Shown piece after piece: positions 1 through 9,761 of a DNA stretch of 64,000 nucleotides. The stretch covers positions 256,001 through 320,000 of the forward strand of contig CAWFCQ010000004.1 in the NCBI GenBank assembly GCA_963814375.1, written 5' to 3'. Each line of letters opens with the position of its first letter. Position 1 is the first letter of the stretch. The DNA is from an uncultured Chloroflexia bacterium. Its GTDB lineage: Bacteria > Chloroflexota > Limnocylindria > QHBO01. Position numbers and translations under genes: made by a program. A model generated the notes under the pieces. That model saw nothing but the letters and a program-made list of their open reading frames with translations. It was not told where the DNA came from and did not search any database.

Positions 1-2487
1 CCGTCCCTCGCCCAGAAGCCGGACCGCCATCCTCGCACCGGTGTATGTCTTGCCAGACCCCGGTGGCCCCTGGATGGCGAGGGTGCCCTCGTCAAGTGTC
101 GTGACGAGGCGGCACGCCGCGTCGAGGCCGGACTCGCCGGGCATGCTCAGAGGGCTGTCCACGCCCCGCTCGCGCCGCGGCGGACGGCGCAGGAGGAGGT
201 CGCGACCGGCTCTCCATGGCCCGTCAGCGTCGACTCCGTTCGCGGCCACCCACTCGCCCAATGCCAGGAGTGCCGCGCGCTGGTCCCTGTCGTTGAAGGT
301 GTCGAGCGGGACCAGCGATTCGGGGTGCTGGGGCTCCACGCCGGGCGGCCAGTTGAGCTCGACGAACGACGCCTTGTCGTCGATCTGGTGCAGCCCACCC
401 TTGACCAGCCACGTCTTCCATGGCTCGCCGGGGAACTGACGATGAAGCCGCGGGTCATAGAGGGCGGATCGACCGCCGATGTCGTAGTCCTGCGGCGCGA
501 ACTGGTAGCGCCAGGTCTGGCGGAGGTTCGACCTCGGAGTCGGGCGCCATGGGTCGCCGACCGGGCCGACGAGCTCGAGCGGCCCGAGCGCCCCCTTGTC
601 AGCGGTCAGGTCGCCCTCGTCCAGACCGAGGCGATGGAAGAACTCCCAATAGGCGACCTTGCTCTCACGCCGGTGCCACGCCAGGAGCTGAGCGAGCAGC
701 CACCTCGCCTGCTGCTCTTCGTCGCGCTCGACAGGGTCATCGGGGACCCCGGAAGTGAGGGCCCCGGCCACCTCCTCCACACGTGCATCCGAGGCGGCCG
801 TCGAGACCGGCGCGTCGGGAGAGACCTCCGACGGGCGCGGCACGTCCCGCCCGGTCGCCCCGCCCAGCTCGACCCGCAAAAGCTCCAACCAGTCGCGGAG
901 GGCCAGAGTGCTACGCACGTCGTCTCGGTTGTAGGCCGCGATGGCGTCGAGGATGTCCGATGACGGACGTTCCCCGTCCGCCAGCTGGAGCCATTCCTCG
1001 AAGGCAACGATGCTCGAGCCAGCGTCGCGAAGCTCGACCTCGCGCACGAAGTCATACATCGGCTCGAGCCGCTTGATCGAATAGCTCTCGACTGAGGCCC
1101 GAAGGCCCTGGCGGACCGCTCGGAACAGGTCGACCAGGACACCGCCGCGCAGAAGTCGGTCCACCTCGTCCTCGCGAGTGGCGTGGCGACCCATGAGGCG
1201 CCTGAGGGCGGTCGGCTCGTATGGCGCGTAGTGGTAGACGTGCATGTTCGGGAAACGCTCGAGCCGATCGGTCAGGAGGTCCATCAGCCGCTCGAACGCC
1301 GCCCGCTCGCCGGCGAGCGTCACGTCGCTCGGATCGAGCGGGTCGAACGACCAGATCGCCGTGAAGGTGCCGTCCAGGTCCAGGACTCCGAACAGGTAGT
1401 CGATCCCGTCATCGAGTGCGTAGGGATCGCCTTCGAGGTCGAGGAACAGGTCGCCGGGGTCCGGCTCGGGAAGAATGGTCAGGCCTCGCTCGGGCTCGAT
1501 CTGAGCGTCGGGCTTCGGGAGCAGGAGCTCGTAGATCGGCCGTGCCAGCCCGCGACCGGCGACCTGGATGCGTGCCTGCTCGCGCACGCGCTCGATGCTG
1601 GCGGCGCTGGAGCCGTCGAGCGGTGGATCGAGCGGGATCGGCGCGGCCGCGAGGCGTTCGACCGTATCGATCTGGCGCGCGGCCAGGGCCTTGCGTTGAC
1701 GAGCGTTGATGCCGGCAACGAGGGAGAGGTGGTCGTCGTCGCGCCTCCGCTGCACGCAGAGCTCCGCCCAGCGGCACACGTCGCAGTGATCGACGGGCTC
1801 CGGGTACGTCGCAGTCGGTGGGTAGGTCGCTGGCGGAGCTGGCGCGAGATCGGTCCCCAGCACCGCCTCCTCGAAGCGGGTTCTGGCCGCGTGGTAGTAC
1901 GCCATGTAGTCCTCGACCCGGAGCGTGGCGGTCTCTCGCGCGCTGCCGCCGAGGACGACTCGCATCTCCTGCGGGCGCACACCTTGAATGCGCTCGAGCT
2001 GGTCGACGTACGAGCAGATCTGAAGGACCGCGCCGGCTTTGACGTGCCTGGCCAGCTTCGTGTCCGCCACTTCGTAATGGTACGGACCCCACACCGATGG
2101 GTGCTGCGGCGACTCGACGCGCAGCAGGAAGTCCGCGTAGCCCAGCCAGCGGCCGTCGAAGAAGGTGGCCTGGAACACGGCGGCGACGCCGGAGGCCATG
2201 GCATCGATCGTCTCGGCCGCCTGGAGGCGCAGACGCTCGCCGCGCTCATCGCCCTCGTGGCGATCGATCTCGGCAACGCGGAGGCCTTGCGCGCGCAGGT
2301 CGGCCAGATAGCGCGCCTCGTGCTCGAAGCCTCGCCGCCGAATGACATCCAGCTCGCGGTCCTCTCGCATCGGCCGCGCGACGAGCCCGGCAAGGGCTGC
2401 CCGCTCGAGCGCCGTGAGGTGCTCGCAGGCCAGGTAGCCGACGAGGTCAGTTGCGGAGAAGACGGGCTTGCCGTCGATGAGCTGCAT
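1..2487 (-). CDS. TM0106-family RecB/Cas4-like nuclease-RNase H-like-SF1 helicase fusion (3' end beyond the window edge)
   Basis: Manual translation from ATG at 2487: MQLIDGKPVFSATDLVGYLACEH..., PD-(D/E)xK motif GYADFL...EVADTKL, HCDVCRWAELC, RNase_H_2-like DLFLDLEGDP...HVYHYAPYE...YNRDDV, and in-frame Walker A IQGPPGSGKT near 50-75. Missing from the ORF track because no stop lies in the window. Confidence 0.9.
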   Translation of the reverse strand, partial: MQLIDGKPVFSATDLVGYLACEHLTALERAALAGLVARPMREDRELDVIRRRGFEHEARYLADLRAQGLRVAEIDRHEGDERGERLRLQAAETIDAMASGVAAVFQATFFDGRWLGYADFLLRVESPQHPSVWGPYHYEVADTKLARHVKAGAVLQICSYVDQLERIQGVRPQEMRVVLGGSARETATLRVEDYMAYYHAARTRFEEAVLGTDLAPAPPATYPPTATYPEPVDHCDVCRWAELCVQRRRDDDHLSLVAGINARQRKALAARQIDTVERLAAAPIPLDPPLDGSSAASIERVREQARIQVAGRGLARPIYELLLPKPDAQIEPERGLTILPEPDPGDLFLDLEGDPYALDDGIDYLFGVLDLDGTFTAIWSFDPLDPSDVTLAGERAAFERLMDLLTDRLERFPNMHVYHYAPYEPTALRRLMGRHATREDEVDRLLRGGVLVDLFRAVRQGLRASVESYSIKRLEPMYDFVREVELRDAGSSIVAFEEWLQLADGERPSSDILDAIAAYNRDDVRSTLALRDWLELLRVELGGATGRDVPRPSEVSPDAPVSTAASDARVEEVAGALTSGVPDDPVERDEEQQARWLLAQLLAWHRRESKVAYWEFFHRLGLDEGDLTADKGALGPLELVGPVGDPWRPTPRSNLRQTWRYQFAPQDYDIGGRSALYDPRLHRQFPGEPWKTWLVKGGLHQIDDKASFVELNWPPGVEPQHPESLVPLDTFNDRDQRAALLALGEWVAANGVDADGPWRAGRDLLLRRPPRRERGVDSPLSMPGESGLDAACRLVTTLDEGTLAIQGPPGSGKTYTGARMAVRLLGEGR

Positions 2488-2559
2488 CGGTCCAGGAACC
2501 CCCGAGAGATGCCTCCAGCCTACTGCGCCGGGAGGACAGCTCGTGTGTCGCGCTCGCCC

Positions 2560-3346
2560 TTACGGCGCTGCCGATGGGGACGGCGACGGAGCGTCGGGGA
2601 CTCGTTCGATGACGAGCGTCCACGCGCAGTCCGAGATCACGCTCACGAAGACCTGGCCGCGGATGCCCAGGGCATCGAACGAGCCGGGTTGGAGCGTGCC
2701 GGGCACGACATCGTTGCCGATCGTGGCCCGGATCGCGGGTACCGGCTGGCCGGAACCCTCGGCCAGCGACACCGCGAACGAGCAGCGAACGCCCTCGGGA
2801 TCGAGCGCGACCCAGCGGATCGCGTGATCTCCGTCGCCGATCGCGACCGGCCCGTACTCCGCGTCACCGGTCTGCGCGAAGGAGGCGAGATGGGGCGAGC
2901 CCTGGCGCACCTCACCGGTGGAGCCGAGGAACGCATCCGGCTCGAGGCCGGCCGCCACCCAACCCTCCTCGAACTCCGGATCGGCGGGATCCGCGTCCGC
3001 GAGCAGGTACCAGCCGAGCTCCTCGACCGGAAGTGGTCCCATCACCACCTCGAGTCGTCGCGTCGAGCGGCAGCAGGCCGGTGACGATCGTGCCCGAGAC
3101 GCTCGGACGCTGCCGAACCCGCAGCCCGTCGATGCGCGTCGCGACGATCTCGCCGGCGGTGAAGTCCGGCACGGCCCCGAGGTCTGGCGTCGGCGAGGGA
3201 GTGACGCTCGGCGAAGCGGTCGGAGTCGCCACCGCGGTGGGGGTCGGACTCGGCGTCACGCGCGGCGTCGGCGTCGTCAGCGCCGGGAAGGTGCACCCGC
3301 CCAGGGCCACCCCGACGAGGAGGATGAGTCCGCGACGGTTCCCCAC
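2560..3346 (-). CDS. Lipoprotein with Pro-Thr linker and SH3-like domain (+1 frameshift at ~3057)
   Basis: Lipobox VALGGC, TPTP linker, GLRVRQRPSVSGTIV; ORFs 2912..3346 and 2560..3048 join into DATLEVVMGP if one base is removed. Confidence 0.65.
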
Positions 3347-3364
3347 CGCGCGAAGGGTAGCCGC

Positions 3365-4384
3365 TCAGCGATCGAGGCGGGGGATCGATGCGGCCAGCAG
3401 ATCGGCGATCTCGCGCGCGTTGGTCGTGCCGTAGTTGGCGTAGCAGTTGTTCATCAGGACGTGGACCTCCGGCACCTGCTCGGCGACTTCCCGAATCCGA
3501 GGGACCCACTCGCCGAGCTCGCCCTCGTCGTAGAGGTAGCGGAAGCGCTCGACAACCGGGATCCCGCTCTTCTCCCACGTCTCGGTGCGCCGTCCGTGGA
3601 AGCGGACGACAGCCATCTTCGGCGAGGTGACGAGCGTCATCGGCGGCACGGACGACCGCGTCCCGGGTGGCGCGTCGACCATGACGAATGGGATCTCGTA
3701 CTTCGTGAAGAAGCGCGTCGTTCGGTCCTGGTTCTTCTCGTTCAACCAGCTGGCGTGTCGCAGCTCGACCGCGAACGGCGTGTCGCCGAGGCGCTCTTTC
3801 GCCTTGACGATCTCGTCGCGGGACTCGTTCGACGGGAAGAACCAGCGCGGATACTGGAGGAAGACGGCGCCGAGCTTGCCGGAGGACCGCAGCGGCTCGA
3901 TTCCGTCGAGGAACCGCGCCCAGATCTCGTCCTCGATCTCGTTCGGAAGGTCGCGGGCGTAGACACGCTTCTGCGCTGCCAGCTCGGCTGGCAGTGCCTC
4001 GCGCAGGTCCTTCGGCAGCCGCTTCGGCTCTGATGGCTGGCCGGTCATGAGGGCGTGGGCCTTGATATCGAACGTGAAGTCAGGCGGTGTGCGTTCGAGC
4101 CACAGCTCGCCGGTGTAGCGGGACGGCAGCGCGTAGTAGGTGGCGTCGACCTCGACGATCGGGAACTGGTTGGCGTAGTAGACCAGCCGATCCTCCGCGG
4201 TCGAAGCGTCGGGCGGATAGAAGACGCCGGGAGCGGTCATGGTCGGATCGGTCCACGACGCGGTCCCGATGCGGATTCGTGAATCGCCCACGACGAGCGG
4301 CTCGCGCGCGGCGGCCGCGTGCGCCTCGCCTCGCTCGCCGGCCGTCTCCGGACCAGGATCGTGAGCGGTCGTCTCCTGGTTCAT
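3365..4384 (-). CDS. DUF72 family protein
   Basis: IRIGTASW, VEVDATYYALP, FTFDIKA, VFLQYP, AVELRH, VVRFHGR, YLY, LMNNC motifs. Confidence 0.9.
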   Translation of the reverse strand: MNQETTAHDPGPETAGERGEAHAAAAREPLVVGDSRIRIGTASWTDPTMTAPGVFYPPDASTAEDRLVYYANQFPIVEVDATYYALPSRYTGELWLERTPPDFTFDIKAHALMTGQPSEPKRLPKDLREALPAELAAQKRVYARDLPNEIEDEIWARFLDGIEPLRSSGKLGAVFLQYPRWFFPSNESRDEIVKAKERLGDTPFAVELRHASWLNEKNQDRTTRFFTKYEIPFVMVDAPPGTRSSVPPMTLVTSPKMAVVRFHGRRTETWEKSGIPVVERFRYLYDEGELGEWVPRIREVAEQVPEVHVLMNNCYANYGTTNAREIADLLAASIPRLDR

Positions 4385-4448
4385 CGGTCAATGCTACGGC
4401 TGATTGATGACGAATCCTGTCAGGTTCAGCGGCCGAACGTCTCCGAAT

Positions 4449-4591
4449 CGCTCGGATTCACGCCACGTGGGCGTAATGCGCGCCGATTGCCAGCGAGCTG
4501 TCCCAATTCACATCGCGTGGGCGCCAGAGCTCGCGAGCGACGGTTCGGCGAGGGTTAACCCGCGCAACGCACACCACCTGTGAATCCGGAC
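4449..4591. repeat. Composite intergenic repeat element, copy 1 (direct-direct-inverted)
   Basis: Units at 4449 and 4499 (50 bp period, ATTCAC core), CGACGGTTCG at 4538, inverted unit ending GTGAATCCGGAC at 4591. Confidence 0.75.
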
Positions 4592-4614
4592 CGCCCGGCC
4601 CCGATACCCCGTTG

Positions 4615-5055
4615 CTACGCCTGACCGAGCGCGTGGCGCACCGATGCGGTCGAGAGAACCACCATGACCGCCGCCGCCAGCGCGAACCCGACCAGGTAGA
4701 GCGGGTGCCATTCAGCGACCAGCACGGCGATCCCGATCCCGATCGCCACCATCACCTGGATCACCGCGGCGAGCGTCCAGGAAGAAGGCCGTCGTCGCCG
4801 CGCTCCGCGCGAGGCGACCAGGGCGAGGATTCCGACGATCAGGGCGCCCGCGGCGCCAAAGCGGATCGCGTCTTCGCTCGACGGCGCGCCGCTGGCGGCC
4901 GCGGCGTCACGCACCTCGGCCGCGATCAGGCTGAGGAAGATCGCGACCACCAGCCCGCCGATGGCCTCGGCGATGAGGAGCGCTCGGAGCAGCCCGATCA
5001 TTGGCACCCGTGCGGTGGCCGGAGCGCTCGAGGCAGCCGCGTCGATCGCGTTCAT
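4615..5055 (-). CDS. Hypothetical membrane protein (4 TM)
   Basis: 146 aa ORF with four hydrophobic segments; TAGGCT -10-like hexamer upstream. Confidence 0.75.
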   Translation of the reverse strand: MNAIDAAASSAPATARVPMIGLLRALLIAEAIGGLVVAIFLSLIAAEVRDAAAASGAPSSEDAIRFGAAGALIVGILALVASRGARRRRPSSWTLAAVIQVMVAIGIGIAVLVAEWHPLYLVGFALAAAVMVVLSTASVRHALGQA

Positions 5056-5116
5056 GGATGGCGCAGCCTAGCCCATCGGCATCCAGATGGGGCATCGGAC
5101 GTGCATGGGCGTCGGC

Positions 5117-5614
5117 ATGGCACGCGTGACCCGACTCCCACCACGGTCCGGCTACCGGCCTCGCGAGCAGTCGGAGGTCGAGCTCATGGCGTGGCTGCTC
5201 GACAACAGCATTCCGGTGCCGCTGACCGGTGGGCGGCGCGTGGGCATCGACGGCATCATCGGCTTCGTTCCCCTCGTCGGCGACATCGCGAGCGCCGGGA
5301 TGGGGCTCTTCCTCGTATGGCGGGCATCGAGGATGGGGCTGCCGCGCATCGTGATCGCACGAATGCTCGTGAACACCGGCATCGACACGCTCATCGGCCT
5401 CATTCCGTTCGCCGGCGACGCCTTCGACCTGTGGTTCAAGTCCAACACCCGCAACATCGGCATGATGCGACGCCATGTGTCGCTGCCGGACGCCTCGACG
5501 CGCGAGGACTGGATCGGCATGGGCGCCCTGATTGGCGCGGTCATCGGCGTGCTCGCGCTGGTCGGCTGGATCATCTACTCCGTGATCTCGAGCCTCATCG
5601 GACTGCTGATCTGA
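5117..5614 (+). CDS. DUF4112 membrane protein
   Basis: AWLLDNSIPVP...VGIDGIIGFVPLVGD...IGLIPFAGDAFDLWFKSNTRN. Confidence 0.85.
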   Translation: MARVTRLPPRSGYRPREQSEVELMAWLLDNSIPVPLTGGRRVGIDGIIGFVPLVGDIASAGMGLFLVWRASRMGLPRIVIARMLVNTGIDTLIGLIPFAGDAFDLWFKSNTRNIGMMRRHVSLPDASTREDWIGMGALIGAVIGVLALVGWIIYSVISSLIGLLI

Positions 5615-6578
5615 CAGCGTGCCGCTCGAGGTGGAGCCGGGCCAGCTCGACGGCCCGGTCGCGGACGTCGGTGGGCTCCAGGATCTCGCCCGCGCCGCCG
5701 AGGGCGACGAGGCGACCCGGAACCTCCTCCGGCCAATCCACGCTGAGGCGGAGCCGATACCACCCGTCGGGATCGTCGCCGGTGTCGAGCCGCGTTGCCT
5801 CACGGACGGCGCGCTCACCAACCACGTCGACGAGCCGGCCGATGGCTCGTGGATCGATGCGGAGCGTGACCTCCATGCGCGGCGTGTCGCGCTCGTAGGC
5901 CGCGATCGACTCGCGCCAGTGGGTCGGCAGGTCGAAGTCGGCGGGGCGGGTGAAGGTCTCGCCGGTCGCCTCGACGCGGACGATCCGGCGTACTCGGTAG
6001 GTACGGATCTGGCCGTCGGCTGCGGCAACCACGTACCAGACGCCACCCTTGAGGACGACACCGAGGGGGTTCACCACGCGATCGACCGCGGCCTCCCCGC
6101 GCCGGTAGCTGATCCGCACCTGGCGCGATTCCCATACCGCGTCGGCGAGCGTCGCGAGGTTCGGCACGGCCTCGCTCGCCTGGAACCAGCTGGCCGCGTC
6201 GAGATGGAAGCGCTCCACCAGACGAGAAGCCCGCGCGCGCAGCTCCGTGGGCAGCGATGCCAGCACCTTGAGGCGAGCGGCCGCCACGACGGTGCCGAGT
6301 CCGAGCTCGGCGGCGGGTCCTGGGAGCCCCGACAGGAACAGCGCCTCGGCCTCGTCGCCGGTCAGGCCGGTCAGGCGGGTGCGGTAACCGTCGACGAGCT
6401 GGATGCCGCCGTGCGGGCCGCGCTCGGCATAGATCGGGACCCCGGCCGCGCTCAGCGCGTCGACGTCCCGGTGGATCGTTCGCTCGGAGACCTCCAGCTC
6501 CTCGGCGAGCACCGCAGCCGTGACGCGACCGCGCGCCTGGAGCAACAGCAGGAGCTGAACGAGACGGGAAGCGCGCAT
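5595..6578 (-). CDS. YafY-type HTH-WYL transcriptional regulator
   Basis: MRASRLVQLLLLLQARG...LEVSERTIHRDV, WYVVA, RTYRVRRI. Confidence 0.92.
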   Translation of the reverse strand: MRASRLVQLLLLLQARGRVTAAVLAEELEVSERTIHRDVDALSAAGVPIYAERGPHGGIQLVDGYRTRLTGLTGDEAEALFLSGLPGPAAELGLGTVVAAARLKVLASLPTELRARASRLVERFHLDAASWFQASEAVPNLATLADAVWESRQVRISYRRGEAAVDRVVNPLGVVLKGGVWYVVAAADGQIRTYRVRRIVRVEATGETFTRPADFDLPTHWRESIAAYERDTPRMEVTLRIDPRAIGRLVDVVGERAVREATRLDTGDDPDGWYRLRLSVDWPEEVPGRLVALGGAGEILEPTDVRDRAVELARLHLERHAVRSAVR

Positions 6579-6615
6579 CGGTCCGAGGATACGCCGGAAT
6601 TCTCGCCAGAATTCG

Positions 6616-7134
6616 TCAGGTATGTTCCTCGATGAAGGCGGCGACGGCGTCGAGCGCAGCATCGATGACGGGCCCGACGCCGTGCCCCACGCCGGGATAG
6701 GTGACGAGAGTCGCGTCCGGAAGCTGAGGGACGGCTCGGCGCATCAGGTCGATCCGAGCAAACGGATCCGACTCGCCCGAGAGCAGCAGGACCGGGCATC
6801 GGATCCGCGGCCAGTGCGACGTGCGCTCCGCCCACGCGTCGTGGCGACCCGGCGCGTGCAGCGGATAGGCGAAGAGGACGAGCGCGGCCGGTGGCGTCTC
6901 GGCGGCGATGAGCGACGCCACCCGCCCGCCGAATGACTGCCCGCCGGTGATGATGCGGCCGTTCTCCCTGGCGATCGCCGCCTCGTAGGTCGGGACGGCG
7001 CGCTCGGCGGTTCCCTTAGGCAGGGAGATCAGCGCGACTGAGAAGCCGCGTGCCTCGAGGCCATCGGCATGCCGGCGCAGCTGCTCGGTCGAGCCCGATG
7101 CCCCCGGCGCGAGCAGGATCCGGTTCACGGTCAT
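6616..7134 (-). CDS. Alpha/beta hydrolase (KANL3/Tex30-like)
   Basis: GGQSFGGRVA nucleophile elbow, YPLH, GESDPF, GVGH. Confidence 0.85.
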   Translation of the reverse strand: MTVNRILLAPGASGSTEQLRRHADGLEARGFSVALISLPKGTAERAVPTYEAAIARENGRIITGGQSFGGRVASLIAAETPPAALVLFAYPLHAPGRHDAWAERTSHWPRIRCPVLLLSGESDPFARIDLMRRAVPQLPDATLVTYPGVGHGVGPVIDAALDAVAAFIEEHT

Positions 7135-7191
7135 GGCCCAAGGATATGACCTCCTCGCGCACCGATGCCGTCGCGCGCGTAGGCTGTGCTC

Positions 7192-7617
7192 ATGACCACC
7201 GAGAAGACCGCGAAGTCCGATGCCGACTGGCGCGCCGAGCTGACGCCCGAGCAGTACCACGTCCTGCGTGAGGAGGGCACCGAGCGGGCGTTCACCGGCG
7301 CCTACTGGGACGAGCACGGAGCGGGCGTCTACCGCTGCGCCGGCTGCGGCCAGGCCCTCTTCGACTCGGCCACGAAGTTCGAATCCGGGTCCGGCTGGCC
7401 CTCCTTCTATCAGCCGATGGAGCCCGGCGCAGTCGAGACCCAGACGGATCGCTCGTTCTTCACGACGCGCACCGAAGTCCACTGCTCACGCTGCGGCGGG
7501 CATCTCGGGCACATCTTCGACGACGCTCGCGATCAGCCGACCGGGCTGCGCTACTGCATCAACTCCGCATCGCTCGAGCTTGACCCGGGAAAGGTCGAGC
7601 CGATGCAGGAGGTCTAG
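7192..7617 (+). CDS. msrB: Peptide-methionine (R)-S-oxide reductase
   Basis: [16 protein letters not shown] Zn ligands, [20 protein letters not shown]. Confidence 0.96.
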   Translation: MTTEKTAKSDADWRAELTPEQYHVLREEGTERAFTGAYWDEHGAGVYRCAGCGQALFDSATKFESGSGWPSFYQPMEPGAVETQTDRSFFTTRTEVHCSRCGGHLGHIFDDARDQPTGLRYCINSASLELDPGKVEPMQEV

Positions 7618-7625
7618 CCGCTCCC

Positions 7626-8057
7626 TCAGCCGTGGGCGAGGCCGTGTCGCGCCCGCCGCGGGCGCCTGCGCTGGACGAGCGCAGCGGCCCTCGACGAGAT
7701 CGGCGGCAGGGCGCGGGGGGCACCGCGCAGCCACTCGATGGCCGACTCGAGGTCCTCCACCGAGAACGGCTTGGCCATCACGGCCACGTTCGGGCCGGCC
7801 ACGATGTTCACCGGGATCGAGGCCAGCAGCATCCCGGTGCAGACCAGCACGCGCGGAAGATGGAGGAGTGACTTTCGAAGGCTGACCGGCAGCTCGAGGA
7901 GCTGGGTGCCGTCGATGACCAGGCCATCGGGGCGCTGGCCCATGCCCAGCCGAGCCTTCAGCTCGTCAGGCGCGAGCACCTCGGCCTCCGGCAGCAGCTC
8001 GGCGAAGAGCCCGCGGATGCCCGGCTCACGATCGCTTACCCACAACAGACCGGCCAC
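7626..8057 (-). CDS. Stand-alone atypical receiver (CheY-like) domain protein
   Basis: RPDGLVID, VLVCTG, MAKPFSVEDL; N-terminal acidic pair degenerate (SDRE). Confidence 0.7.
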   Translation of the reverse strand: MAGLLWVSDREPGIRGLFAELLPEAEVLAPDELKARLGMGQRPDGLVIDGTQLLELPVSLRKSLLHLPRVLVCTGMLLASIPVNIVAGPNVAVMAKPFSVEDLESAIEWLRGAPRALPPISSRAAALVQRRRPRRARHGLAHG

Positions 8058-8195
8058 GTCGGTGCCTCAACAGCAAGCCGAGTGCCTATGGTACCGCGGG
8101 CTGCCAGCCCCCCAGATGGCTGACCTCGAGCGCGGCAGCCTCGTCGGCGGTCGCGGCAGAAGGGTCGTACGATCGGCGCGAGCAACCGTTCTCGT

Positions 8196-9755
8196 ATGGA
8201 GACCATGACCACAGGCAAGCCGATGACCACACCTCCGAACGACCGCCAGGCGGCGCTTGCCGGCGTCGCGGCGGGTGCGGCGGCCCTTGGCGGCGCCGAG
8301 CTGCTGGCCGGCCTGCTGCCGGGTGCGGCTAGCCCGGTCGTTGCGATCGGCGACCTGATCATCTCGCTTCAGCCGCCGGGCGCGAAGCAGTTCGTGGTCG
8401 ACCTCTTCGGCGAGGCCGACAAGCTCGTGCTCAACCTGCTCATCGCCGCGGTGGCGGTGGCGGGCGCGGCGATGATCGGCGTGCTCGCGCGCCGGTGGCC
8501 GATCGCCGGGCCGATCGGCTTCGGGGCGGGCGGGGTGCTCGCCCTGGCGGCAGGGCTGCGCGACCCCCAGGCCGATGCGGTGACGACCTTCATCGTTGCC
8601 GCCGCCGCGGTCGGCATCGGGATTTGGGTCCTGCGCTGGCTCTTCCGCCTCGCTGCGGAGCGCGGGCAGCACGTCGCCGAGATGCCGGAGTGGGGACGGC
8701 GACGATTCCTCGGGACCTCCCTCGCGGTGATCGGCGTCGCCGTGGGCAGCGGGCTCGTCGGACGCGCGCTCCTTGATCGAGGCCGCCTTGCCGCCGCACC
8801 GGCAGGTGCGATCCCGGACCCGGTGTCGACGGCACCGCCACCGCCCGACGCCGTCGCGCTGGCGGTCGACGGGATCAGCCCCATCGTGACGCCGAACACC
8901 GACTTCTACCGGATCGACACCGCGCTGATCGTGCCGAGGCCGAACCTCGACGAGTGGCGCCTGCGCGTCACCGGGATGGTGGATACCGAGATCGTGCTGA
9001 CCTACGAGGAGCTCGTTGCCATGCCGCTGCACGATCAGTACGTGACCATCGCGTGTGTCAGCAACGAGGTCGGCGGGAACCTCGTCGGCAACGCACTCTG
9101 GCGCGGCGTGCGTCTGAAGGAGCTTCTCGACCAGGCCGGAATCAACCCAGCCGCAACGCAGATCGTCGGCCGGTCCGTTGATGGATTCACCACGGGCTTC
9201 CCGACCTCGTACGCTCTCGCCGACGACCGCGAGCCGATGGTTGCCGTTGCCATGAACGGCGAGCCGCTCCCCGCCAGCCACGGGTTCCCGGCGCGCCTCA
9301 TCGTCCCGGGGCTGTTCGGCTACGTCAGCGCCACGAAGTGGCTGACCGAGATCGAGCTCACCACGTGGGAGGCCTTCGACGCCTACTGGGTGCCGCTCGG
9401 CTGGTCGAAGGAGGGGCCGATCCTGACGCAGTCGCGCATCGACACCCCGCGCGGCGGCGCGAGCGTCGCACCGGGCTCGGTGCCGATCGCCGGTGTGGCG
9501 TGGGCGCCGGATCGTGGCATCTCGGCCGTCGAGGTTCGTGTCGACCAGGGCGATTGGGATGCCGCCGAGCTGAGCGCGCCGATCTCGGATGCCACGTGGG
9601 TTCAGTTCGTCTACCAGTGGGAGGCGGCGGCCGGTGAGCACACCCTTGAGGTGCGCGCGACCGACGGGACGGGCGAGGTCCAGACCGATGAGCGCACACC
9701 GCCGCCGCCGGACGGGGCCCGCGGCCATCACACCATCCAGGTCAGGGTCGAGTAG
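8196..9755 (+). CDS. Membrane-bound molybdopterin oxidoreductase, sulfite oxidase/MsrP family
   Basis: TPNTDFYRID, TIACVSNEVGG (Mo-Cys), HGFPARLIVPGLFGYVSATKWL; N-terminal TM helices and internal RRRFL. Confidence 0.92.
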   Translation: METMTTGKPMTTPPNDRQAALAGVAAGAAALGGAELLAGLLPGAASPVVAIGDLIISLQPPGAKQFVVDLFGEADKLVLNLLIAAVAVAGAAMIGVLARRWPIAGPIGFGAGGVLALAAGLRDPQADAVTTFIVAAAAVGIGIWVLRWLFRLAAERGQHVAEMPEWGRRRFLGTSLAVIGVAVGSGLVGRALLDRGRLAAAPAGAIPDPVSTAPPPPDAVALAVDGISPIVTPNTDFYRIDTALIVPRPNLDEWRLRVTGMVDTEIVLTYEELVAMPLHDQYVTIACVSNEVGGNLVGNALWRGVRLKELLDQAGINPAATQIVGRSVDGFTTGFPTSYALADDREPMVAVAMNGEPLPASHGFPARLIVPGLFGYVSATKWLTEIELTTWEAFDAYWVPLGWSKEGPILTQSRIDTPRGGASVAPGSVPIAGVAWAPDRGISAVEVRVDQGDWDAAELSAPISDATWVQFVYQWEAAAGEHTLEVRATDGTGEVQTDERTPPPPDGARGHHTIQVRVE

Positions 9756-9761
9756 CGGCCC

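Noticed and set aside
1183-3084. 633 aa plus-strand ORF and many other long overlapping ORFs (e.g. 8067..9731, 27735..29471, 52096..53706, 59012..61048)
   Set aside because: Antisense or alternative-frame shadows of real high-GC genes; no recognisable motifs
5595-6578. WYL protein as marker of an anti-phage system
   Set aside because: Ordinary YafY-type architecture with housekeeping-type neighbours; no recognisable defence operon
8089-8100. TGGTACCGCG T-box-like sequence
   Set aside because: No T-box structure or relevant downstream gene; better explained as a minus-strand TACCAT -10 for the receiver gene
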